From: Hypanus sabinus
Taxonomy: Eukaryota
Direction of reading: 5' to 3'
NCBI RefSeq assembly: GCF_030144855.1
Contig: NC_082716.1
Location: 43,834,001-43,898,000, forward strand
Length of the DNA: 64,000 nucleotides
The notes under the pieces were generated by a model, which saw only the letters and a program-made list of their open reading frames with translations, was not told where the DNA came from and ran no database searches. Shown piece after piece: positions 47,944 through 59,629 of this stretch (position 1 is the first letter of the stretch; the number at the start of each line of letters is the position of its first letter). A program made the position numbers and the translations under genes.

Positions 47944-48158
47944 CCTAATTTAGTGTGTTCCAAAACAGTTGTCTTTTATGCATTGGAAGTACTTTTATCC
48001 TGTGGATTTTGCACCAAAGACTTTCCTTTTCTCTACTGGCTATCAACCTCAATATTTTAAAAATAAAGTGTCTAAGGGATTTCTACTACCAAAGTGCATG
48101 ACCATGCATTTTCCAACATTGTATTTCACTTGCAACTTCCTTGTCCATTCTCCTAATC

Positions 48159-48925
48159 CAGGGGTCGGCAACCTTTACCACTGAAAGAGCCATATGGACC
48201 CGCTTCCCACAGAAAAGAAAACACAGGGAGCCACAAAACCCATTTGACATTTAAAATGAAATAACACTGCATACAACGTTTTTTTTTGCCTTTATGCTGT
48301 GTATAAACAAACTATAATGTGTTGCATTTATGAAATCGATGAACTCCGGCAGGGCAAACAAAATTACATTTCTGCATGCAACAAAAACATTTTGAACTCC
48401 GAAAAAAAGACGTTGGGTTGAAGGTTACTACATCGTTAGCCTACCTTGGATCGAAAAATTAAAAGAAATTGCGCACTGGTGGGTGTCAGGCATTGGCAGT
48501 GGTGACGTATATTAATAGCGATAAAAACACATTGTCACGGTGTGCTACATGCAGCGCTAAAATAATGACACGGAGTGGGTAAACTGCAGATAACTTTATT
48601 CGAACTACACAGCCTTGCTTTTAAGCTTCTCTCAACCTGCCCCCCAAGGGGGCGGATGCTCCAAAAAACACGTACTCACAAACCCCGGTAGGCTGTCACC
48701 CGCCGGTTCGGATGTGCCAGGAAATGGGTCGCCACAACGTTTTATTTAGATTGTACAAGATCACCATAATCTTCAAATTTAGAATTACATTTCAAAAACT
48801 AACAAACTAACATAAAATACATTTTAATTAAATACTCATCATTTATTTTCCAAAGCCACAGGGAGCCGCAGCACAGAGTTGAAAGAGCCGCATGCGGCTC
48901 CAGAGCCTCGGGTTGCCGACCCCTG
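48159..48925. mobile_element. Non-autonomous hAT (Charlie-like) element
   Basis: Perfect 15-bp TIRs CAGGGGTCGGCAACC / GGTTGCCGACCCCTG; perfect 8-bp TSD TCCTAATC (48151-48158 / 48926-48933). Confidence 0.95.
48533..48736 (-). mobile_element. Solo LTR of the CsRn1-like Gypsy family nested in the hAT element
   Basis: Reverse complement begins TGTGGCGACCCATTTCCTGGCACATCCGAACCGGC, identical to the LTR start at 5082; flanks ACAT/ACGT. Confidence 0.92.
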
Positions 48926-50569
48926 TCCTAATCTGACTATGTTCTGCCGCACCCTACCTGTTTCCTCAACACTACCTGCCACTCCATCAATCTTTGTATC
49001 ATCTGCAAACTTGGCAACAAAGCCACCTATTCCATCTAAATCATTTATATACAGCATAAAAAGCGGTCCCAACACCGACCCCTGCAGAACACCACTAGTC
49101 ACTGGCAGCCAACCAGAAAAGGATCCTTTTATTCCCACTGGCTGCCTCCTACCAATCCGTCAATGGTCTAACTATGCCAGTAACCTTCTGGTAATCCCAC
49201 AGGTTTATATCTTGTTAAGCAGCCTCATGTGTGGCACCTTGTCAAAGGCCTTCTGAAAATCCAAATATACAACATCCAATGCATCCCCTTTCACTGTCCT
49301 ATGTGTAACCTCCTCAAAGCATTCCAACAGGTTCATTAAGCAAGAATTTCCCTTAAGGAAGACATGCTGACTTTGTACAATCTTGTCCTGTGTCACCAAG
49401 TATTCCATCACTTCATCCTTAACTACTGACTTCAACATCCTCCCAACCACTGAGGTCAGGCTAATTGGTCTATAATTGCCTTCCTCCTTTCTTAAAGATT
49501 GGAGTAACATTTGCAATTTTCCAGTCCTCCGGCACCATGCCAGAGTACAGTGATTTTTGAAAGATCATTTCTAATGCCACTACAATCTCTATCACTACCT
49601 CTTTCAGAACCTTCGGGTGCAGTTCCTCTGCTCCAGGTGACTTATGTACCTTTAGGTCTTTCAACTTTTTTTGAGCACCTTCTCTCTTGTAACAATAAGG
49701 GCACCCACTTCTCTTCCTTTACACACTACAATATCTTGATATAATTACTATTCTATAGATTTGCTAAGTGGACCTGCAGGAAAATGAATCTCAGAGTTGT
49801 ATGTGGTGACCTGTATGTACTCAAATAATAAAATGTACTCTTTGAATTCCATTGAAGTGGAATAAGGAATGATATAAATAAGATATTTATATCTGGGTCT
49901 TCTAATTGTTTCTGAACTGGTCTGGCTATTTTGTATGGTATTTACAAGACAGTAACATTAGTGAGTCACATAGTGGCTGTACTGGGTAAGGATGACATTA
50001 ACTTCCCTGAAGGCGATGTGGAAACCCAGTGGCTTTTTGTAACAATCTAGTGCTGCTGCTGTGGTCGCGAGTGGTTGGACTGGCATCTTTTAAACTTTAA
50101 AAATGACAATTCGCTTTTGTTAGTACCACAGCTGCCATTGAAGATTTTGCCTAAAGTTTAATCAAAATTTTTACTTTTAATCAGTAGATGCAGTGTAGGT
50201 AAATGTAAATTTCAGCAAGTACAGATTTTTTCCCCTGATCGAAGCAAATAACCGTGAATGCTGGAAAGCTGAAACAAGAACTCAGAATGGTGAAAACGCT
50301 TGGGGCTAGATCTCAAATGATTCCTCGATTATAATAACAACATAAAAAATAAATAAGCTCAATGTTCATTTAAGTCATTTGTGTACTATAGGGAGGCACA
50401 GCCTAGAAGAAATATATTAGAAATCGAGAACTTTCTGCCATAAAGAGAGTGGTAAGGATATCAAATTTGAAGCTCATATCGTTAATGGAGAGTAACCCTA
50501 CATCAGTTGTTTAATAATTAATATCCAAGACAATTTAATCATGGATGTAAACATCGTGGTTTGGTGTTA

Positions 50570-51830
50570 GATGCGATGTTGATCAAAGCTTATACGAGCA
50601 ATACTTTAGAAAGCAAGGTCGAAAATTAATACTGTTCTTGCAACCTGACGTTCCCGACGTGCTTGGAATGAAAAAAACGCGCCGTCGTCGAAGGGCGGGG
50701 AGACGAGACGTTTCTGAGCGGAGCAGCCAGATTCCTGGATCTTGTTGGAATACTCTCATTAACTGAAGGCAGCAACGACTCATCGTAACCATCTGTTTGA
50801 GAGGTTTGCTCAGCTGAACCGACCTGTCCGTGCCCGTCAAACCTTGAATAAGCATTACTTTTGTCTTCTTTTGACTTGTATCCGGGTTTTCCCCAGTTAA
50901 TTTAGAAAGCAGAGCAGGTCAGTGCATTATGTGAGCGTCTCAGTTATTGTTGTACCTGTGGAAAAGGCGTGTTTTATTTTCCGATTTCGACAAATTCCAC
51001 CAGTATGGTTTGCATTTCTAATTTTCCGTACAACTGATCTCGATTTTGTTTTCTCCTCTTGGATTGCGAAGAATTTCGTCCTCTTCGTGCATGAAAATCG
51101 CAGCGATTTTGCAATAAGTTTCTTCAACATGCTAAGGCGCACTCGAATCGCCAATCACATCACAAAACATTTTATTTTGTTTTGAAATACTGACCGGTAC
51201 TTTCACAAGGCGGTATTTTAAATTGATGCACATGATCAAGTAAGCCGAGTTCTCATAATACCTTAAACACCGTTGCGGAAAGACACCTGTTCTTTGAGTA
51301 AATCCTGGCGTAGTGTAATCTGACGAAGTGGGTTAATTTATCTACCCGCTACCCGTAATTATTTTGCAAGTAGAAATAAAATAACTGACCTACATTTGCC
51401 ATCAGGTGAAATTAATTGTTCCATCCAATCCCCAAAGGTACTTAACATCAATCAGTCTTATGCCTTTGTCTTAGAGTGTCTCTTCGTGGATTTAAAGGTA
51501 GCGACGGCGAAGATGACTTGGAAATTTATTCAGATGTGCGGCTGGTACTTTCGACATCGTGAACAAATCTTGAAGGATTTAAAACAGTGGCAAACTGGGA
51601 CAATAGATGACGATTTTTAAAATTAACTTTGTTTTATTTTCAAGGGGATATTACAAAATAGTGACTTAATTTTCCAATGCCAAACTTCCAGTTCGAGCTA
51701 TTTCGCGGAGAATTCCAGCACAAGTGTAAAATTATCAGCCGCCCTCCTGCCAGCGGTCAATACCTGTTGGGTTTGGGCGGCTGGGAGATTCGTTTGGAAA
51801 ATGATTAAATTTCGATCATCTAATTTATCT
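50570..51830 (+). promoter_or_regulatory. CpG-rich promoter with candidate non-coding first exon (donor CAG|GTCAGT at 50917); probably RAB3B by synteny
   Basis: CpG-rich non-repeat block with GGGCGGGG and TGACG motifs; no coding exon found in the window; gene identity inferred only from the human gene order BTF3L4-TXNDC12-RAB3B. Confidence 0.5.
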
Positions 51831-52199
51831 AGCGGCACAGAAGTAATAAAAAAAAAAGTGAATCCTGAGAGGATAGAAAAGCAATATTGAAACAGACAGA
51901 GGAAGGGAAAACCATTCCCCAGCGGTCAAGCTTTAGACCTCTTCGTTATGATATTGCCTTTTCCTTCATCTTTGCTTGTGCTGTTTCAGAGAAATGTTGG
52001 TGTCTTTTCACTGATGGGTTATTCAGCATGGTTGTGGCAGAAATAGGTAATATTCCAAATTAAATCATGTGGATAAATATGAGTAGCAAGGGAGGGTAAA
52101 GCACCAAGAAGAATAAGGGTAATTATGATTAAAATAATTTCTTGTATGATGGGCCAAAGCTTGTATGAACCAGAATTTTTGCCGCATGGAATCATGCAA

Positions 52200-52990
52200 A
52201 TATACAGAACCTGTCAGAAGTCTAGACAAGTCATTTGAGCCCTCAAACCTGCCCTGTCAATCATTAAGATCATGGCTGATCTGACTGTAATCTTAATCTT
52301 CCTTCTGATTACTCCCAGTAAATATGTCCCTTCACTTACTTGCTAATTAACAAAATCTCAGCCTTAAAATAATCCAAGTATTCAGCTTCCATTGTCCTCT
52401 GAGGAAGAGTTCTAAAGCCTGCTACCCTCCACCAAACCCTGAGGAAAAGATTGTTTTGCCTTTTCTCTGACTTAATATGGATGACTTATTATTTTCATAC
52501 AATGATCCCTGATTCTAGAATCTCTCACAAGAACAAACATCTTTTTCACATCCATGCTATTAAGACCTCTTAGCATCTTGTACATTTCAGTCTTGTTCCT
52601 GTCACTCATCCAGTCTCCAGTGACTGGACTAAAAAAGACAACTTGTCCATTCCAGGTTTGTAAATTTATGTGGAACTGTTTCCAACACATTTGCATGCTC
52701 ATAACTAAGTGACCGATACTGTTCACAATACTTGGGATGTAGCCTCACCATTGCCCCATGTCACGAAACATAAACCTACCTTCTTTTTTGTTAATTTCTT
52801 AATGCAATGAATGAGAACGTTGTACTAGCCTTTTGCAAATCATGCACTATTTCATTCCCATTCATTTGCATCCCAAGAGCACCAGCCACGTAACATGCTT
52901 CTTTCCTCTTTTTTTCCTGCCTAAGTGGACACTATCTTATTTACCCCACTATACTCCATTTCTCATGTTTCCCTGTCTCCATCTGTTTAT
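52200..52990 (-). mobile_element. Old CR1 3' fragment
   Basis: EMYKMLRGLNSMDVKKMF...SRIRDH on the minus strand. Confidence 0.7.
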
Positions 52991-53407
52991 CACTTTGGAA
53001 CCCCAATGACTAGATTAAATTCTAGGAGACTGGCATTAGTGACTAAGTTGCAAGTGTTTTTAATTTTGACTCTTGTATTTTGACAGCAAATTAAGAAACC
53101 TGTTTCTGTATTTGAACATGTTTATAATGACTACACTGGGATATTGGATTTAGCGAGATATATGCCAGAAGTAGTTTCCTTGAATTTGAATTAAATTCAT
53201 TCCTGTATAAAAAAAAACTGTGTAATGGCTTGCTGTGTAGGTATTTCTGATTTTCATTTAAAGTGAAATTAAGTATTTTGAGATTTTAATACTTTTATTC
53301 AGTACTATAAAGCATTTTACAATGAAAAACTTACAATTTCACTTCACGATGAAATATACTGGAAAACGTCATGGAGTCCGATGCAAGTTGATTTTATCCA
53401 CTTAATC

Positions 53408-53486
53408 CAGGGAATCCCAACCTGGAGTCCAAGGACCCCTCAGTTAATGGTAGGGGGCCATGGCATTAAAAAGTTGGGGACCCCTG
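53408..53486. mobile_element. 79-bp hAT MITE
   Basis: Imperfect TIRs CAGGGAATCCCAAC / GTTGGGGACCCCTG; 8-bp TSD ACTTAATC/ACCTAATC. Confidence 0.8.
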
Positions 53487-53789
53487 ACCTAATCTAAAGA
53501 ATAACTTTGTAGAAATAGTTGATTGCTGTTTTAGATTGAGTTAAGAATTGGTTGATTGCAACTCCATTTGGAAATGGAGAACACTCTTCAATCCAACTTG
53601 AAAGTTGTTTCCAGTGGAACTACACTAGATGTAAATGATTTCTATCAATTATTATGGGCAAAGTATTGTAACAAGAAGTGAACTCATGATATATCTTTGA
53701 GCAGGGTAGAATTTTAGAATTCTTTGATTGTTGTTGCTGACAAGCTTCAATTAGGATTCCTGATGTCCAGCAACAATGATACCAAGCTG

Positions 53790-54465
53790 GTCAGCATTAA
53801 AGAACTTGGCATCACAGGTGGATAGGATCATAAAGAGAGCATATTTTCTTTCAGAAGTAAAGGCATTGTGCACATGAATTGAGATGTGTTGAAGCTGCAC
53901 AAGATGTTGGTAAGGCTGAATTTCAAACGTTCTGTGCAGTTTTGGTCACTTACCAACGAGAAAGATATCAATAACCTTGAGAGTTCAGAGAATGTTTACT
54001 TGTTTGGTGCTGGGGTTTGAGGACCTGAATTGCAGGGAAAGCTTGAATACATTAGGGCTTTATTCACTGGAATGCAGGAGAATGAGGGGAGACTTATAGA
54101 GGTATACAAAATTATGTGGGGTATTAGATAGGGTGAATGCATGTAGGCTTTGTCCCCTCGGGTTGGATGAAATGACAACTGGAGGTCATGGGTTAAGGGT
54201 GAAGGGTGATATATTTAAGGGGAACCTGAGGAGAACCGTATTCACTCAGAGGTGGTGCAAGTGTGGAAAGAGCTGCCAACAGAACTGCTCACTGCAGGTT
54301 CAATTGTAACATTTAAGGGAGGTACGGATAGTTACATGGATGAGAGGGTTTTGAAGGGATATGGTCCAGATGCAGGTAGGTGGGACTAGGAAGAAGATCA
54401 GGTCAGCATGAACTAGATGGGTCGAACAGCCTGCTTCTGTGCTAGATTACTTCATTACTCTAATT
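53790..54465 (+). mobile_element. CR1 3' fragment
   Basis: gtgcagttttggtca..., aggagaatgagggga.acttatagaggtatacaaaat. Confidence 0.8.
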
Positions 54466-55729
54466 CTCTGATAACAAACTAGGAAAAAATCAAAATTAAA
54501 AAAGACTGTTGGTTGGAACAAACTACATTGTGCTTTGTTTTTTTAAAAAAATTGTTTTTGGGCTTTGTGCATTCAAAATTTGCCTGAACTATGTACCCTG
54601 CTGCACCAATTCAGAAGATAATTAAAAGTTGCCTACATTGGAATGAACCATAGTCACATTATAAACTATAGCAGTCAAGGATGACAGGTTTCCTAAAAGA
54701 CAGTAGCAAACCAGTTTGGCGGTGTAATTATCTGAATTTGCATTTTCCAGTTGTTAAAGTTGGATTCAAACTTGTTTCTGATCAGTCATTCAGGTCAGAG
54801 ACTTGGACACCAGTCTGTAACTTAATATGCTACTGTACCTCATCAGTTTGCTAAGCATTAATTAATAAGAATTGCTTTACACTGCATGCAACTAGGTGTA
54901 ATACTTTACGGGCACTTACTAGTATTAAAAGTATCTTTAAATTGTCTATTTGATCTATTTCTTTACAATGGAAAAAGCTGCAGAACAGCATCAATTCTTC
55001 AAAAGTATTAAAACAGAAAGCAGCCTTGGAATTTGTATGTCAAGTTGCACATACTCAGAAATCTCATGTTGTTGGTTCTGTGGCATGAAGATGACAAACA
55101 ATGATAATTAAGTGCATATTTTAGGAAAATGCTTAATTAGAATTACAGGAGAAAAACAGGCTATTTTCCAGGCCCGGGTCCAGTGACACTCTGGACACCA
55201 AGATCCCATTGCAGAACCATATTAGTTTCTTCTCAGAGACTCAAATCATTAAAATAATCTTTCTTTGTCATTGAGGTTGTTTTCTTTAAAAGAAGTCCTT
55301 GTCCTTGAACAGAAAGTTATAGTGCGTTTTAACTGTGTATGTTTGTAATCGTACAGAAAGACATTTTGTACTTTGAAGATGTCAAAAGCTGGAAGCAAGA
55401 TAATTTGTCATCTTGCTAAGCTTCTGAAATTAATGAGCATATTAAAAGATCAAATAAGAACTGAGGAATGAAAATAAATTGAGTTGTGCCTCTTTCACAT
55501 AATATGGCTGGTTAATATAACCCCAATTAAAAAGAGCACCCATCCTATTGATGTTAGCTAAATTTGTTATTGCCATGCCCTGACAAAAAGTTAACTAGAC
55601 CAATCAAATGCACTTAGTCTATTTTACATCATGATGTCAAATTATTCTTGGAGCACTGGCAGGATTTAGGCTTGTATCCCTTAAGCCCCATGAAGGATAA
55701 CTGCGATCTTTTCACCATTGGATCACATT

Positions 55730-56010
55730 GGGTAGCACAGTAGCAAAGGGTTAGTGCAGAGCTTTAGAACACTGGCGGTAAGGTGGGTGATCAATTCTCT
55801 CTGTTATCTGTGAAGAGTTTATATGGTCTCCCTGTGAACATGTGGATTTCCTCTGGGTGCTCTGGTTTCCTCCCATACTCCAAAGATCTATATGTTATGG
55901 TTAGTGAGTTGTGGGCATGCCAGGTTGGTGCTGCAGGCCTGGTGACATTTGTGGGCTGCCAGCAGAATTCTCACTGATTTGATTTGATGGAACCAATGCA
56001 TTGCACTGTT
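55730..56010 (+). mobile_element. V-SINE, degenerate
   Basis: gggtgctctggtttcctcccatactccaaaga. Confidence 0.7.
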
Positions 56011-58429
56011 TTTTTTGGATGTAGATGTTCTGGATTTAGAAATAGTTGTAAAAGACCAATAAATGAATAAACATTATGGTAGATAAGAGTATTTGGATTT
56101 AATTTTTAGAAGTCATGATATTGGAGGGCAGTGAAGCAACATAGGTATTTGTAAACAATTTTGGTGGCTAATAAATATTTGTAAAGTATTGGCATGAATA
56201 TGCACTGGTTTGGAAATGGAGTATCCTGGAGTTGGTTGTTGGACTTCTTTCTGTGTAGGAGCACAATTTGCTGGTAATGTGAAAATAGAATTTTTCTGGA
56301 AACATTGAGTTTTGTGAATTATCTCAGGGTAAACATGGAGAAAGGGACTTCCTTCTCTCTTTCTCTCGCACCTCTACCATCTCCTTCTCAGGGCTAGCCT
56401 ACTGGGATACTATAGGTAAAAGACAATTTTTCTGCATTTGTTCTGGCCTTTTGTTATTCTCGTACTGTTGCTCAGTTTTAATTCTATCTAGTCTTTGATG
56501 TTGGTGGATTAGCTTGTCTTGTTCTTCTTCATTCATACACAGCTGCAAAAGGGCCAGGAGTTATTGCATCTTTTTTTGTGAGTTAAGGATTTGTTTTTGG
56601 TAATTACTTATTTCATTTCATCCTTCACTGATTTATATGCAATTTAAGGATATACATCAGTTCCTTGGAAACTGGATTTTAAATTTCTCAATTCACTAAT
56701 TTGAACATAAGCAGTTGAGAACTTGCACACCAAAGAACAATGAACATACTAACTAGTATGACTCAGCTGTTGCAATCCCTATCTAAGAATTCTGTTTTAC
56801 TGTTTTCTCATTGCTTTAGTTGATGCAGAACACTAGGGAAACACCACTTGCTGCCTCACGATACTCTCTCTCACACAAAATATCACAATTTCCACAGAGG
56901 GATAAAAAGTTAATTGAATAACATTATTAATAATCAACCTACTAATGGTTTAAGCCATGTGCTGGTGAGCCAACAGAAAATCAGTTTTGATCACCTCCTG
57001 TGGTGCTGTATTTGCTGGTGTTGCTACCTTACAAGGTTCAATTCTGAATTACCCCCACCTCCCCACCTCAATGCTGTTGGAGGAATGTGTGGATTTCCTC
57101 TGGCTTTTTTGCTTTGCTTCTTCATCCCAAAAATGGGTGGATAGGTAGGTTAACACTGGGACACTCTAAATTGTCCCCAGTGTTTAGATAATTGATAGCA
57201 TGTGGATGTGGGGATATAGAATAGCTTACGGTTGGGCGTGTGTTGATAATTGGCATGGTCTTGGTGGACTGACATGCCTGCTTATGTGCTGTATATTTCT
57301 CTGACTTTAAGTAGGTGATATTTTAAAGAAATAGATGTCAGTTATCAAATTATTTTACAGACACAATTTGCCAGCATTCCAGGGAAATTGCTAAAGTTAA
57401 TGTAATGTTTTTATTTTTAACATTTCCAACAATATTTGAAACGTAAAGTTCTATGCTTGAAGAATCTCTTGGCAATATATTTAATTCAGTTCATCATCTA
57501 TTAAATTTAATGACCATTACTCAATATGCTGAAAAAATGTGACATGCATTGATGCAAACATTGGAGCATCAACTGAAAATCTCCCTCAGTTTTCCCAACT
57601 ACTGTACTGCACCTTGATCCTTAATTCATTCTGAATTTCTTAACGTCGCAGGTCAAGTCATTTTCTGTGCATTCAACTCTCAGCTGCCCAATGTTGACTG
57701 ACATTGACCTCATGAATTAAGTTGAATCAGAAAGTTGTAAACAGTTTTATTAGAATCCCCAGTTGCCCACAGTAAGCACACAACAGTCAACAGGCTGCTC
57801 TCATTCAACTGAGGTACCTAAGAGGTTAAATGAATTTAGTTTTCAATGTAAACGCAAATACAGTGAAATGTATTAACATCACACCAACAATGAAATTATA
57901 ATTAATCAACTACTACTACAACCTTTTAAAACTATATGATACCTTGCCACTGTGCATCAGTTCAATGACATGTGAAATACACTTGTGGCACTTGCTGATT
58001 CTTGAAAATAATCTTAAAGGTTAAGAATTTCAATAAGTGGCCTACCAGCACCATTAAATTTTGAAGGTAATCCTCAGCTGGGATTGTGAACTTGTTCACC
58101 TGCCTTTGTTTACTAGCTTGCAACTCCCAGTAATGGCGTTATTCACCATGGTTTCCACACAAGTAAAGAGAGATTGTTGTGGAAAAAAAGGCAGCCAAGA
58201 CCAGAACAATGCCAGTGGTACTGTTCCTCCTGATGCTAAGCAATTTTGAGATGTAATTGTTATTCTGATCTCGTATAGTTTTGCATTGTTTTTTATTTAT
58301 GCACAAAGTTATTTTAAAAATGCAGTGTGGTTATTATTCTACTATTTGCTGATAAAATGACTGTATTAGGCCTTGAATTGGGAAATGAACATGGCCTGTT
58401 GTTTGGAGTTTCAACAGAAGAGCATTTGG

Positions 58430-59410
58430 GAAGTTTGGATAGATATGGATTAGAGCAAGTGGAAAGGGCTAAACTGGCAAAAGGCTAATTATAATGGTAC
58501 TAGGGAGAACAGATCAGAATTGACTTGTATTGAGTAAGTCCACATCTGATGTGTGGGAGTTGTTCAAAGGCCAGCTGGACAGAATTCTATATGAGTTTCT
58601 GTGAGAAAGAAATAAAAGGATGTTAAGTTTTGAGATTCTTGAATGATGGGAGATGATACAAATTTAATCAAAAAGAAAGGAAGCATATGTTACTTCTATA
58701 AAGCTGAGTCTGAACAATGAGGAATATGAAGAATGCAGAAATTAGTCCCTTAAAACAGGGAATTAGTAGGGTTTAAAGGGGTCACAAAATCTCCTTGGTA
58801 GATTGCTTTCAGGAAAATACCAAGGCATTTTATATATTAAAAACAGAAGGGTAACTAGGAGGAGCATAGAACTACTCAGACACAGAGGAGAGAATTAAAG
58901 CCCGTGACTAGAAAAAGTGGGCAAGGTTATAAATGAATATTTTGTAATGATATTCACCAGTGAGAAGTACATGGAGGATAGAGAGATCAGGGATATTTTT
59001 GCACATGTTGATATGAAGGAGGAGGTGGTGCTGGGTTTCTTGAAGAACTTTTGAGAGAGGCAGGAAGAAAATTGCTGGGCCCTTGCTGAAGATCTTTGTA
59101 CCTTCTTTATTTACAGGCATTGTCTCAGAGGATTGGAGAATAGCCAATGTTTTTTATTTGTCTAAAAAGGGAATTTGGGATATTTCAGCATTTATAGGCC
59201 AGTGAACTTGCATCAGTGATAGGGGAGTACTTGGAAAAGACTCGTTGGGATAGGGTTTACTCACATCTCAAATACATGGACCTATTAGTGATAGTCAGCA
59301 CAGATTTGTTCAGGGAGATCTTGGGTAACAAACTTTATTAAGTGTTTTGAGCTGGTAACAAAACGATTGATAAGGGTAGGGTAATGGATGTTGAATACAC
59401 AGACTTTATA
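58430..59410 (+). mobile_element. Old CR1 ORF2 fragment
   Basis: gaggattggagaatagccaatg, aggccagtgaac, gatagtcagca motifs. Confidence 0.7.
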
Positions 59411-59629
59411 CACGGACAGATGACACTGGTGAACCATGCTGATGTGTTGCAGGGAGCTTAGAAAACTTCAAAATATAATTCTGAACTGCTCTCACTACAA
59501 TCAGCAGCCTGTAATTTCCCTTAAAGTAACGTAATTTTGAACCATCTGAAGGAACTAGAAATTTCACAATCTTCTGAAAGACTCAGTGGACTTAACTCCC
59601 AAGCATGTGCATGCAGGTACAGCACCTTG

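Larger units (their letters stand above)
48080..49740 (-). mobile_element. CR1 RT fragment split by a hAT MITE
   Basis: SGVLQGSVLGP, KFADDTK, YLDFQKAFDKVPH, NYRPISLTSVVG. Confidence 0.9.

Noticed and set aside
50583-51620. Small ORFs in the third CpG island
   Set aside because: No recognisable domains or Rab motifs, and mostly non-ATG starts
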